Source: Candidatus Poribacteria bacterium
GTDB taxonomy: Bacteria; Poribacteria; WGA-4E; WGA-3G
Direction: 5' to 3'
DNA length: 64,000 bases
Assembly: GCA_965205025.1 (NCBI GenBank)
Contig: CBDBFU010000002.1
Location: 356,089-420,088 of the forward strand
How positions within the stretch are numbered: position 1 is the first letter of the stretch; every line of letters begins with the position of its first letter. The notes beneath the pieces were generated by a model. It saw only the letters and a program-made list of their open reading frames with translations, was not told the DNA's origin and did not search any database. Of this stretch, positions 1-9,991 are shown in pieces. The position numbers were made by a program, and so were the translations under genes.

Positions 1-687
1 TCTGTTGATCATTTGCAAACCCAATTTCTTGGAGCTCCACAGTTCTTCAAACAGCTGGTTATTGGAAATGCACAACAACAAAAAATGCTTATACAACGTG
101 GATTAGAAGGAGCTTTTGATGTCAGTGACGATACGTTCTACATGGAATATAATTTTAAGCTCTTCAGATGGAAGATGGGTGATACTGAATGGTATGATAC
201 CGGTGTTGAAGAAACTGTTGAATTGTCTGAGAGTAATGCAAAGAAAAAACTAAAACTTGCTGCCTTTGAGAATGCTGTCTACGTCGGGAAACGGAATGGA
301 CATCTCATAGTATCCTTTGATAGGGGAACTAATTGGATAGATCTAACACCAGCCCTACCTTTTTCCGTTCAAACATTCAATGAAATCGTGTTTGTAGGAA
401 CTACTGTGTATGTAGCAACAAATGCTGGTGTAATAGCATCAAGTGATGGGAAGCAGTGGTCAATTGCCTCCAATTCTGATGACGCAAATCTCATTATGGA
501 ACACTTATCTGTTGATGAAAACACCCTTTATGGGATTAAGGACACAGGTATTTATCGCTTGGAAAACGGTATTTGGAAACAGATCGTCACAGAGATACCT
601 GATAAGGTAACTTCTCTGGCTGTTGATGGGAAAACCTTATACGTAGGTACAGAAACCCAAGGCATGCTACACTATACTCTTGAATAA
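1..687 (+). CDS. C-terminal part (5'-truncated by the window) of a BNR/Asp-box beta-propeller protein, probably another ECF sigma-TM-propeller fusion
   Basis: Sequence (FYMEYNFKLFRW..GDTEWYDTG.EET, YVGKRNGHL.VSFD.G.NWIDLTPALPF, SLAVDGKTLYVGT) is collinear with the C-termini of 13426-16521, 17999-21016 and 41239-44250. Confidence 0.8.
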   Translation, partial: SVDHLQTQFLGAPQFFKQLVIGNAQQQKMLIQRGLEGAFDVSDDTFYMEYNFKLFRWKMGDTEWYDTGVEETVELSESNAKKKLKLAAFENAVYVGKRNGHLIVSFDRGTNWIDLTPALPFSVQTFNEIVFVGTTVYVATNAGVIASSDGKQWSIASNSDDANLIMEHLSVDENTLYGIKDTGIYRLENGIWKQIVTEIPDKVTSLAVDGKTLYVGTETQGMLHYTLE

Positions 688-704
688 CATTTAGACATAA
701 TTCA

Positions 705-736
705 GTGGACGGTGTACCAGCACCGTCCATTCCTAC
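705..736 (-). repeat. GTAG-type REP-like palindrome (may also act as terminator)
   Basis: Stem TGGACGGTG/CACCGTCCA followed by TTCCTAC, i.e. GTAGGAA on the minus strand. Confidence 0.55.
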
Positions 737-755
737 CCATCTCCTAATTTACTTT

Positions 756-1015
756 ATACCAATTCTAATTGAAAATGTCTCTTTTTTGTACCACAAACTT
801 TATGAGGATTAAGTTTTAAATTCGGTAATTCCCATTTTCCCAAACTTGGTAGGTTCGGTTTCCTAACCACGGGGAATGCTAAATAGCATTCATACCGTTG
901 ATTCGAATTTCTAACACATTACCGGATTATTATTTTAATCTTCATTCAGTTTGTGACCTGAAAAATGACTACCATAATAACCGCCTAATGAGACAATAAT
1001 TTATAGAATTGGTAT
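756..1015. mobile_element. MITE family A copy (TIR ATACCA(A/T)TTCT) carrying a nested family B MITE
   Basis: Ends TATACCAATTCTA...TAGAATTGGTATA. Near-identical to 9565-9679 apart from an insert at 802-945. Confidence 0.75.
802..945. mobile_element. MITE family B copy (IS630-derived TIRs) with a nested family C palindrome at about 870-904
   Basis: Ends ATGAGGATTAAGTTTTAAATTCGGTAA / TTACCGGATTATTATTTTAATCTTCAT resemble the TIRs of the IS at 8144-9384. Interior matches 55419-55533 and 63606-63720. Confidence 0.7.
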
Positions 1016-1053
1016 AATATCTTAATCTCATTGATAAATACACTCCTAAAATG

Positions 1054-1081
1054 TGAGACTTTTTCATCTCAGTATGCGTCA
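1054..1081 (+). promoter_or_regulatory. ECF-type promoter TGAGAC-N17-CGTCA
   Basis: Motif recurs at equivalent positions upstream of all nine sigma genes and resembles ECF consensus of the TGAAAC...CGTC type. Confidence 0.7.
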
Positions 1082-1138
1082 CTATATTATGAATATGTCA
1101 ATACACAACCATACACATTTCATGTACAGAGGTATCTG

Positions 1139-4054
1139 ATGAAAAATGAAGATGTTGAACTCATTAACCGTGTCCTTGATGGCGATGATGATGCATTCTC
1201 TGTCTTAGTGAATAAATATCAGAAATCAGTTCACACACTTGTTTGGCGGAAGATTGAAGATTTTCACATAGCTGAGGATATCACTCAGGAAACATTCCTA
1301 AAAGCATATCAAGAACTGGCATCCCTGAAAAAACCACAACGATTTTCCAGTTGGCTATATGTAATTGCGACAAATCACAGTAACACATGGCTACGTAAAA
1401 GACGTTTATCCATGCAATCAATAGAGAATACAAGTGATGTACAGATAGAAAATGCAACATACTCAGAATATATAAGCTCGGAAAACGAGAAAACAGTTGC
1501 TGAAGTACAGCGTGAAGTCGTCAAGAAAATACTTGGACAGTTACAGGAAAGTGATAGAACTGTCATGACTCTTTACTACCTCGGGGAAATGAGCTATGAG
1601 GAAATCAGCGAGTTTTTAGGAATATCGGTGAGTGCCATTAAGAACCGACTTTACCGTGCACGACAACGCTTAAAGAAGGAAGAACCAATGATAAGAAAAG
1701 CTTTAGACCATTTCAATATCACACCAAATCTCACAGAAAATATAATGAGCGAAATTTCAAAAACGAAACAGGTGACACCATCGGGTAGTAAACCATTTAT
1801 CCCGTGGGTGCTTGCTGCTTCAAGTACTCTCCTTATTGTGTTCATGCTTGGAATAAATAGTCACTTCTTCGTCCGTTTCCAAAAACCTTATAGTTTAGAT
1901 GCGCAGGCTGAAATGCAGGTAGAACTTGTTGACACTCCAATTGTGCTTAACCTCGAATCCGAATCAGATCACCCAACACAACTAAAAAATGCTAACCTAA
2001 GTGAAAATAACACCTCTAATCGGCAGCCTGATAACATCTCAGTATCAGCGGCAGAAGCACAATCAGAGAAAATAAATAAACATTACTCACAATGGAAACT
2101 ACCCAAAAAGGCAAAAGCGCGCTTAGGAAAGGGTGGTATTAAGGTGATTCAATATTCACCGGATGGAACGCTACTTGCTGTGGGTACGAATATCGGTGTG
2201 TGGTTGTACGATGTGGAAACTGGTGAAGAGAAAACCTTATTTCCAGGAATGTGCCAATCTATTGCTTTTTCACCTGACAGTCGCTTCTTGGCAAATGGGG
2301 GTGGTAGATCATCAGGAACAAGAATCAATTTGTGGGAAATTGCTACGGAACGTGAAGTATTACTCACGGATATGTATGATTCTGCTTCAACGCTAAAATT
2401 CACCTCAGATGGGAAAACACTTATCAGTATTAGCAATTTAGGGGATACAATTACCAGATCAGATGTTGAAACAGGAAAAGGAATTATGAAGCATCTCAAA
2501 ACTGGGAGATTAAACGCTTTTGGTCCAGATATTCTTGATGCTGGTGTTTATGCAATCACACATGATAAAGTCGCAATTGGAAGGAGGAATGGAAAGATCC
2601 AAATACGGGACACATCAACTCATAAGGAATTATTCAATCTCAACGGACATTCAAATACGTTTAGGAAAAACAGCAAAGACCAAATCTTAGCATTGACATT
2701 TTCATACGACGGTACGCGCCTTGCCAGTGGAAGTACCGATACAACAGTACGTTTATGGGATACTGATAAACCTGATGACAGTATCATACTTCAAAAACAT
2801 ACAGGTTGGACAAATGTCTTATCGTTTTCACCGAACGGAAAGATGCTTGCCAGTGGCAGTACGGATAAAACTGTACAGTTGTGGGATACAACTACAGGAA
2901 AAATCCTCGCTACATTTACTGGACATATCAACGGCATTACAGCATTAGCGTTTTCGCCGGATAGCACAACGCTTGCCAGCGGCAGCACAGACGGCACGAT
3001 TAAGTTCTGGCATACCGAAACTGGAAATCCATTAACTAATCGTATCACGGGGCACACGCAATGGACAAGAGCAGCAACCTTCTTTAAAGACAGTTCCACG
3101 CTTGCGAGTGTAGCATTTAATGGCGTCATTACACTTTGGGATGTGAAAACAATGCAAAAGTCTACTGTTCATACTGTAGGACATCGAGATTTGGTCTCGA
3201 CATTAGCGTTTACACCGGATGGTACGAAACTTGTTAGTGTAGGAGCAGATGGGAGTGCAATCTTCGAATCGGCTTCTGGACATCCTTTTTCTTCGTGGCA
3301 ACCGGATCATCTGGTTAGTTTGACTGATGTTCGTACGGGTCGCGAAGTAACAATCTTAAACTTTAGTAGAGGCATCGCACATATGATTTTTTCTCCTAAT
3401 GGAAAGACAGTAGCATTTGGTAGTTTAGGGGAAATTCATTTGTGGAATACGGAAACCGGTAATGAACTGAACATCCGCATGGATAATCAGGAAACCAATA
3501 TCCACAATATGTCATTCGTCACTGTCTTAGCATTTTCCCCAGACGGCACAACCCTTGTTAGCGGAACTGATCAGGGTGATATCCAAGGGTGGAATGTTGA
3601 AACAGGAAAAGCATTACCAGTATTTGCAAAATTGAAAGAACAAAAGGACTTGGATAATATTTCAGCACTTAGTTTTGCACCTGATGGCACCTTGCTTGCT
3701 GCCGGAGCACATAATCGGATTCATATATGGGAAGTGAATACTGGGAATAAGCTTCTATCAGTTAAGACCGAACATAAGCGAGGTAAAATGATCTTCCAAA
3801 GCTACCCAGAACCGTTGGTATTTTCACCAGATGGAACGATTCTTGTTAACGGACATATCCACGGTGCAATTCAATTGTGGGACGTTACAACTGGCAATCA
3901 GATCGCTGTCCTTGATGGACACACACAGAAAGTGGAGACGTTGAATTTTTCACCTGATGGCAAAACTCTCGTTAGTACTGCCGCAGATGGTACAATCCTC
4001 TTGTGGGATTGGGATGAAGTCCTTGCTGATTCATCCAAAAGCAAACAACAGTAA
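1139..4054 (+). CDS. ECF sigma-70 factor fused to a TM helix and WD40 propellers (sigma gene 1)
   Basis: Sigma2 (DFHIAEDITQETFLKAY..F.SWLYVIA) and sigma4 (MSYEEISEFLG..AIKNRLYRAR); hydrophobic segment PWVLAASSTLLIVFMLGI; many GH...FSPDG..LASGS.D.TV.LWD repeats. ATG 1139 follows AGAGGT. Confidence 0.92.
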   Translation: MKNEDVELINRVLDGDDDAFSVLVNKYQKSVHTLVWRKIEDFHIAEDITQETFLKAYQELASLKKPQRFSSWLYVIATNHSNTWLRKRRLSMQSIENTSDVQIENATYSEYISSENEKTVAEVQREVVKKILGQLQESDRTVMTLYYLGEMSYEEISEFLGISVSAIKNRLYRARQRLKKEEPMIRKALDHFNITPNLTENIMSEISKTKQVTPSGSKPFIPWVLAASSTLLIVFMLGINSHFFVRFQKPYSLDAQAEMQVELVDTPIVLNLESESDHPTQLKNANLSENNTSNRQPDNISVSAAEAQSEKINKHYSQWKLPKKAKARLGKGGIKVIQYSPDGTLLAVGTNIGVWLYDVETGEEKTLFPGMCQSIAFSPDSRFLANGGGRSSGTRINLWEIATEREVLLTDMYDSASTLKFTSDGKTLISISNLGDTITRSDVETGKGIMKHLKTGRLNAFGPDILDAGVYAITHDKVAIGRRNGKIQIRDTSTHKELFNLNGHSNTFRKNSKDQILALTFSYDGTRLASGSTDTTVRLWDTDKPDDSIILQKHTGWTNVLSFSPNGKMLASGSTDKTVQLWDTTTGKILATFTGHINGITALAFSPDSTTLASGSTDGTIKFWHTETGNPLTNRITGHTQWTRAATFFKDSSTLASVAFNGVITLWDVKTMQKSTVHTVGHRDLVSTLAFTPDGTKLVSVGADGSAIFESASGHPFSSWQPDHLVSLTDVRTGREVTILNFSRGIAHMIFSPNGKTVAFGSLGEIHLWNTETGNELNIRMDNQETNIHNMSFVTVLAFSPDGTTLVSGTDQGDIQGWNVETGKALPVFAKLKEQKDLDNISALSFAPDGTLLAAGAHNRIHIWEVNTGNKLLSVKTEHKRGKMIFQSYPEPLVFSPDGTILVNGHIHGAIQLWDVTTGNQIAVLDGHTQKVETLNFSPDGKTLVSTAADGTILLWDWDEVLADSSKSKQQ

Positions 4055-4254
4055 AACAGGTTATAGAAGAGGTAACTACCTGCAGATTGCAAGTGCTTGC
4101 CTCCTTATCCTTGATTCACTCAAAAGTCCAATTAAGTCGCACACCTCACGTTAAACCTCCGCGCTTACTGTCATCTCCAGACTATATTTCAGTTTCCACA
4201 TGGACAGAGTTTTAATGAACCTACCTCAAAATAATCTCCTGTCAATTAGCAGTT

Positions 4255-4366
4255 ATACCATTTCTCATGTTTAATGCATCTTAGATGTAGCGTAACTTTC
4301 AGTTTGGGCAGTATTTCAAGTCCGCACAACAACTATTCATGGAAGAAACATTTATAGAGATGGTAT
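4255..4366. mobile_element. Degenerate MITE family A copy
   Basis: ATACCATTTCTC...AGAGATGGTAT ends with an internal GTAGCGTAACTTTCAGTTTGGGC hairpin remnant. Confidence 0.55.
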
Positions 4367-4454
4367 TATATCCTTATCAACAGGATAGAACTAAACCCTC
4401 TTTTCACAAACTCTCATCTATAATAATGTTGATAATCAGCATATTGCAGAATTA

Positions 4455-4483
4455 TGAGACCTTTTTTATCTCAAGTAGCATCA
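4455..4483 (+). promoter_or_regulatory. ECF-type promoter TGAGAC-N18-CATCA
   Basis: Same position and spacing as the other array promoters; variant -10. Confidence 0.55.
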
Positions 4484-4530
4484 TTAAATGTTGATATCAA
4501 TTGATGACCATTCCATTTTCAGAGGTGCTG

Positions 4531-7500
4531 ATGAAGAACAACGATGCAAAACTCATCCAACGTGTCCTTGAAGGCGATGATACGGCGTTCTCCACACTCG
4601 TGCAAAAATATCAGAAGTCCATTCACGCATTAGCGTGGCGAAAGATCGGAGATTTCCATATCGCAGAAGATATTACACAAGATACATTACTGAAAGCGTA
4701 TCAAGAACTCTCGACGCTAAATGAACCGCAGCGTTTTGCGAGTTGGCTCTATGTGATAGCTTCAAACTACTGTAAGATGTGGCTACGTAAGAGAGGTTTA
4801 TCAACGGAGTCGTTGGAAAACATAAGTAGCACCCAATTAGAGAAAACGACCTATTCTGAGTTTGTCATTGAGGAAAAAGAACGGTCAGCAGAAGAAACAC
4901 AGCGTGAAGTCGTTAAGAAATTGCTTGCGAAACTGCAGGAGAGTGAGCGCACCGTCATGACACTTTATTACCTCGGAGGAATGACACACGAAGAGATAAG
5001 TGAGTTTTTAGGAGTATCGGTAGCTGCGATTAAGAATCGTTTATACCGAGCACGAAACCGATTAAAGAAGGAGGAAACAATGATAAGAGAAGCACTTGAA
5101 CATTTTCAAATATCACCTAACCTGACTGATAATATTATGAAGGAAATTTCTCGGACAAAACAGATGACACCATCGGGTAGTAAACCGTTTATCCCGTGGA
5201 TAGTTGGTGTTACTGCTGTAACGATAGTGATGCTGATGCTTGGATTTAGCAACCAATTCTTATCACGTTTCCAGAAGCCATATAATTTCAATGCGGCTTC
5301 AGATATGAGGGTTGAATTGATTGATACTCCTATTGTGCAAAACCTTGAATCTGATCCAGATGACCGAACGCAGTTCGAAAATGCAAATGCAAAAGGTGAG
5401 AACATTGAAGTTGGGCAGCAAACCGATAGCATCGCTTCACTTGACTTAGATACAATAATTTCAAAGATAAAACACAACGATAATGCTGTTACCTCCGTAA
5501 CCGGTGATTTCGTAAGGGAACGCCATCGAGGGAATAATAAAAAGGGAATTAGAGGAACAGAATTTACATTGACTTTTGAAGGCAAGAAAATCAAAGTAGA
5601 AGGACAGGAGGGATTCCCTTCTATCTTGTATTGGGATGGTGAACGCACATGGGAGGGGGCAAAGTCCCAAAATCTGATATTTAATTTTGAAATTGCACAT
5701 GGCAAGGAGAAAACTGATCTTGAGATGATTCAACAAGCATTCAAACAACAAGGTATTGAACTCACTGATGATGTTAGCATCGTTGCTGGGGACGAACCGC
5801 AGAGTTTCACACTTATTGAGAACAAGACAGATAAAACTTACCATTTTTGGTTGGAGGGAGAAACGACGCTGTTTGTTTACGATTATCAACTCGAATATAG
5901 TACTCGACCTATGTGGATGATTTTTTTCTGACTATGACCCGAGGTATTGGCTTACCTTTGCAATCGTTTCAGGAAACTCCTATTTATCCGAGCCGCTTTG
6001 GCATTTGCTTGAGAAACATGATAGCAAAATTATTGGTAATGAGATATTGAACGGTGAAAAGACATCCGTTATCCGTCTAACTATACCTGTTGTGTCCAAT
6101 GGAGACATCAAAAGACCTGATAAGTCCTATAAACTCTGGGATTTCTCATGACAAAGGCTTTCGATTGGTTAAATCAGAAGAAACATTTACTGTTGAAAAT
6201 CCGACAGAATGGAGCTCCTTCAAAGCGGGTGTAACTTATATTAGAACCCGAAAAATTGATTATCATGAATACATACCGGGTGTCTGGTTTCCTAAAAGAA
6301 TTGAGTCGTCTACGGCTCAAAAAGCATCATCGGAACAACAGGGTGGAGAAAATGTTATTTACAAAGATGTCCCTTCTCACGAAGCAGTGTCGGGTAAATA
6401 CCGATGTCACTGAGTTATTAAGTTTAGGTCTACATCCTGCTACACCTGTAATCGATTACGCGGATGGCCGGCAAAAGACAATAACCGATGTGTTAAATCC
6501 AAAGGTTATTGATACTTGGATACTTCTCAATAATGCTACTATGTCAGATAGGAAAGATGCCTCTAACCAGCAAATCTATAAACCCGCTTCAATTGACTTA
6601 GGTACGATTATCGCCAAGATGAAGGAATATGATGATGCGATACTCTCAGCAAGTGGAAAATTCGTTATTGAACACCAAAAAGAAACTGGGGCAGCCAACA
6701 CAGAATATGCCTTGACGATTGAAGATCAGAAAGTCCGTATCCAACGAGAATGGCTTCCTTCCCCTATAGTAAAAGATACTCCACTCGTAGAACAACTTTT
6801 ACCAAATGTAGAGTTATATGATGGGAACCAAAGATGGGACATATATAAGTACAAGAAACTACTCTTAAGCATTGAAATTGTACGGAATAAAGAGCATTCT
6901 CTCCTACAAACAATTAAACAGACGTTCAAACAACAAGACATTGAAATTGCTGACGATCTACACATCATTGCAGAGAACGCACCAGATAGTTATACGCTTG
7001 TTGAAAGCAAGACCGGCAAAACCTATTCTGTCATATTGATAGGAGAGACAACATTAAAGATTTATGATCTTAAACATGTGGAATATGCCGTTCGAGATTA
7101 TATGGAACATCAGGACCGCCGACTCCATGATCCTGTTCGTCATCAGTGGGGTATGTTTTCAAACCTTGATCCGAGATATTGGCTTACTTATCCAAGCGCT
7201 GGTGGAATAACCTATTTAACTGAACCACTTTGGCAGCTGCTTGAAACACATGAGAGTCAACTCCTTGGTAGCGAAAATCTGAATGGTGAAGAAACATCCG
7301 TTATTCGTGTAAATACACCTGATCAATCTCTCAAACTGTGGATTTCTCATGAGAAAGGTTTTCGTTTGGTTAAGATGCAAAGAGCATTTCTTATAGAAAA
7401 TCCGAAAGGTATTTTGGAATTAAAATACTTCCAACCGGGAATAACTTATGTTGAAACACGTGAAATTGATTATCAAGAATATTCACCAAATATTTGGTTC

Positions 7501-7977
7501 CCTAAGAAAATTGAACGGTACTATATTCCTAATGCAGTAGAGGAACCACAACTCAAGGAGCAGGTTATTTTAAAAACTGTAATTCACACCAAACAATGCC
7601 AAATAAATACTGATGTCACTAAGTTAATCCGTTTAGATCTGCCTCCTGACACACCGGTTTTCGGTTTAAGGATGGGAAAAGATACACCTAAGGCAGAAAA
7701 AATCGATTATTTACGAGAAGAAATCTTTCGTACTCTTAAACGTCGTCTTGACTTACGTAAAATAGATAACAAGCTTGTCGAATTTGATCATGAAAATCCT
7801 AATGTCTTTCTGCTAAGAAATCAAGTCCACGAAGAAAAAAGCAAACTACGACATGTAATTTCTCTTATAATTTCTGAGTATATGACGTATTCCAAGGATT
7901 TCTCAGTTATTGAGTCTGGTGGTCTGTTCTATGACCTGATGGAACAAAACGGTATTTATATTCAGATGGGTAAATAA
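4531..7977 (+). pseudogene. ECF sigma-TM fusion with two LolA/RseB-like extracytoplasmic repeats (sigma gene 2), broken by three +1 frameshifts (real or sequencing error)
   Basis: ORFs 4501-5931, 6090-6413 and 6256-7977 join into about 1147 aa collinear with gene 7 if one base is removed from each of T7 (5921-5927), G3 (about 6138-6140) and C3 (about 6371-6373). Confidence 0.8.
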
Positions 7978-8143
7978 TCACTAAAATCCATGAAGGTTCC
8001 ATCACAAACTTTCAAATTTCTTTGACTGTACCCCCTGCGGGTGAACGGTGAATATTATACCATTTTCAATTAATACACTTACATTATGATTTAAGTGAAA
8101 CAGGAACAATCATATAAGATTTATGAGTCCCGGGGAATGCCTA

Positions 8144-9384
8144 ATGAAGATTAATTTTTTAATTCGGTAAATTTTATTTTTGTGCTATCCTCTTGTTCAA
8201 GGAGGTATTTATTCATGGCAAAACATCATAAACTTGAACTCAGTGAAACTGAACGACAAAAACTCGTTGAACTCCGTGATAAAGGCGAACCGGCTTATCT
8301 ACGAGAACGCGCTGCTGCCCTTTTGAAAATAAGCGAGGGGTTTTCCCCTCACAAAGTCGCCCGAAAAATGCTCTTGAAAGAACGCGATCCTGATACGGTC
8401 TATTCGTGGCTTCACCGATACAATGAAAACGGTATTCAAGGTTTATTCTATACACCCGGTCGTGGTCGCAAACCTGCTTATTCCCCTAAATCCCCCGAAG
8501 AAGCAGAGGCGGAGGTCTATAATACTATCGCACAGGGACCTGAACAACATAATCCGCATCAAACACGATGGACACTCCGATCCCTTGGAAACATCGTCCC
8601 TTGGCTCAGTGATGTGTCTGTGCCGGGTATTCACAAAATCCTTAGTCGACTCGGTCTCAGCTATAAACGCGCTCGCTTATACATACATAGTCCGGATACA
8701 GACTATGCCCAAAAAATAGACAGGGTCCAGCAAGTTTTGGAAGAGACCCGTCAACATCCACAGACCTGTGTTGCGCTTTACCAAGATGAGTTCTCGTTTT
8801 ATCGCAACCCTACCATAGCAAAAGACTGGGCACAAACAGGCACGAAAACACCTTTAGCCCGTCAGAGCTACAGACACAACCAAACGTGCTATGGGATCGG
8901 GGCTCTGAACCCACATACTGGAGATGTTGTTTACCAGCAAGTTTCACGCTGCACTGCTGAAGCACTTCATTCTTTTTACACCGAGATTTGCCAACGCTAC
9001 GCAAACAAGCAACGGATATATTTGATACAAGACAATTGGTCAACCCACTTTCAAGCTAACTTATTGGAAGCACTTCTCCCGCAAACAGCATCGTTTGTGA
9101 AACCGAAGCCACCGAATTGGACAGGTAAACCCTCAGAGAAAATCGGAACACTACAAAAACTTCCGATTGAGATAATACAACTACCGACTTATGCGCCGTG
9201 GACGAACCCGATTGAAAAGTTATGGCGATGGGTGCGTCAATCGGTTTTACATAACCATCGTCATTGCGATGATTGGGAAATCGTGAAAGACAAGGTGATT
9301 AGTTTTATGTCGCAGTTCATAGGAGGATCACAGATGCTGCTACGCCAGATCGGATTATTACCGAATTAAAAAATTAATCTTCAT
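8144..9384 (+). mobile_element. IS630-family insertion sequence with perfect 27-bp TIRs
   Basis: ATGAAGATTAATTTTTTAATTCGGTAA (8144-8170) is the exact reverse complement of 9358-9384 and encloses the transposase. Confidence 0.9.
8215..9369 (+). CDS. IS630-family DDE transposase
   Basis: N-terminal HTH (TVYSWLHRYNENGIQGL..PGRGRKP, RWTLRSL); DDE motifs LYQDE, IQDNWSTH and LPTYAPWTNPIEKLW; SD AAGGAGG before ATG 8215. Confidence 0.92.
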   Translation: MAKHHKLELSETERQKLVELRDKGEPAYLRERAAALLKISEGFSPHKVARKMLLKERDPDTVYSWLHRYNENGIQGLFYTPGRGRKPAYSPKSPEEAEAEVYNTIAQGPEQHNPHQTRWTLRSLGNIVPWLSDVSVPGIHKILSRLGLSYKRARLYIHSPDTDYAQKIDRVQQVLEETRQHPQTCVALYQDEFSFYRNPTIAKDWAQTGTKTPLARQSYRHNQTCYGIGALNPHTGDVVYQQVSRCTAEALHSFYTEICQRYANKQRIYLIQDNWSTHFQANLLEALLPQTASFVKPKPPNWTGKPSEKIGTLQKLPIEIIQLPTYAPWTNPIEKLWRWVRQSVLHNHRHCDDWEIVKDKVISFMSQFIGGSQMLLRQIGLLPN

Positions 9385-9398
9385 ATGGCATTCATACC

Positions 9399-9440
9399 CG
9401 GGTAACGCCAAAAGGCGTTCATACCGTTGATTCCTTGATT
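9399..9440. repeat. Family C palindrome with TTGATTCC tail
   Basis: CGGGTAACGCC-AAAA-GGCGTTCATACCGTTGATTCCTTGATT; homologs at about 870, 33099 and 63544. Confidence 0.65.
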
Positions 9441-9564
9441 TGGTAGGGACGGAATGTCTATAGCAAAGGTTTATATCCACATAATTGAGTCCCGTAGGGA
9501 CGGAATGTTTATAGAATATCTTTGAACTAAATTAGCTTCTCTGATTTGCTGTTAATGTAAACTA

Positions 9565-9679
9565 ATACCATTTCTAATTGAAAATGTCTCTTTTTTGTAC
9601 CACAAACTTTCAGTTTGTGATCTGAAAAATGACTAACATACTAACCGCCTAATGAGACAATAATTTATAGAAATGGTAT
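9565..9679. mobile_element. MITE family A copy (empty allele of 756-1015)
   Basis: ATACCATTTCTA...TAGAAATGGTAT with internal hairpin CACAAACT-TTC-AGTTTGTG. Confidence 0.75.
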
Positions 9680-9916
9680 AAAATATGAAATTAATGGTTG
9701 ATTGATCTGAATTATCCTCCCATTTTATATTTCAGCCCCCTTTCATTGAAGCTAAAATCTATATCTATTCGGAAATATCGGGCTTAAGTTATAGATTATG
9801 GTATAATTCCCCATAGTTCAGCAATCATCCCACTACAAGTATCCATACCTTCCGTTATCAAATGGATAGAATTTTAACCCAATTTAGATGAAATAATTCC
9901 TCCTTTTTCAAAATTG

Positions 9917-9944
9917 TGAGATTATTTTTCTTCTCATCGCGTCA
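9917..9944 (+). promoter_or_regulatory. ECF-type promoter TGAGAT-N17-CGTCA
   Basis: Recurrent array motif. Confidence 0.65.
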
Positions 9945-9991
9945 CTCTATATAGATGCGAAATGATACATATTTCCTTTAAGAGGTATTTG

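Noticed and set aside
5921-5927. Phase variation or programmed frameshift at the T7 run
   Set aside because: Two more frameshifts in 3-base runs follow, so a single switch would not restore the protein; error or decay is more parsimonious.
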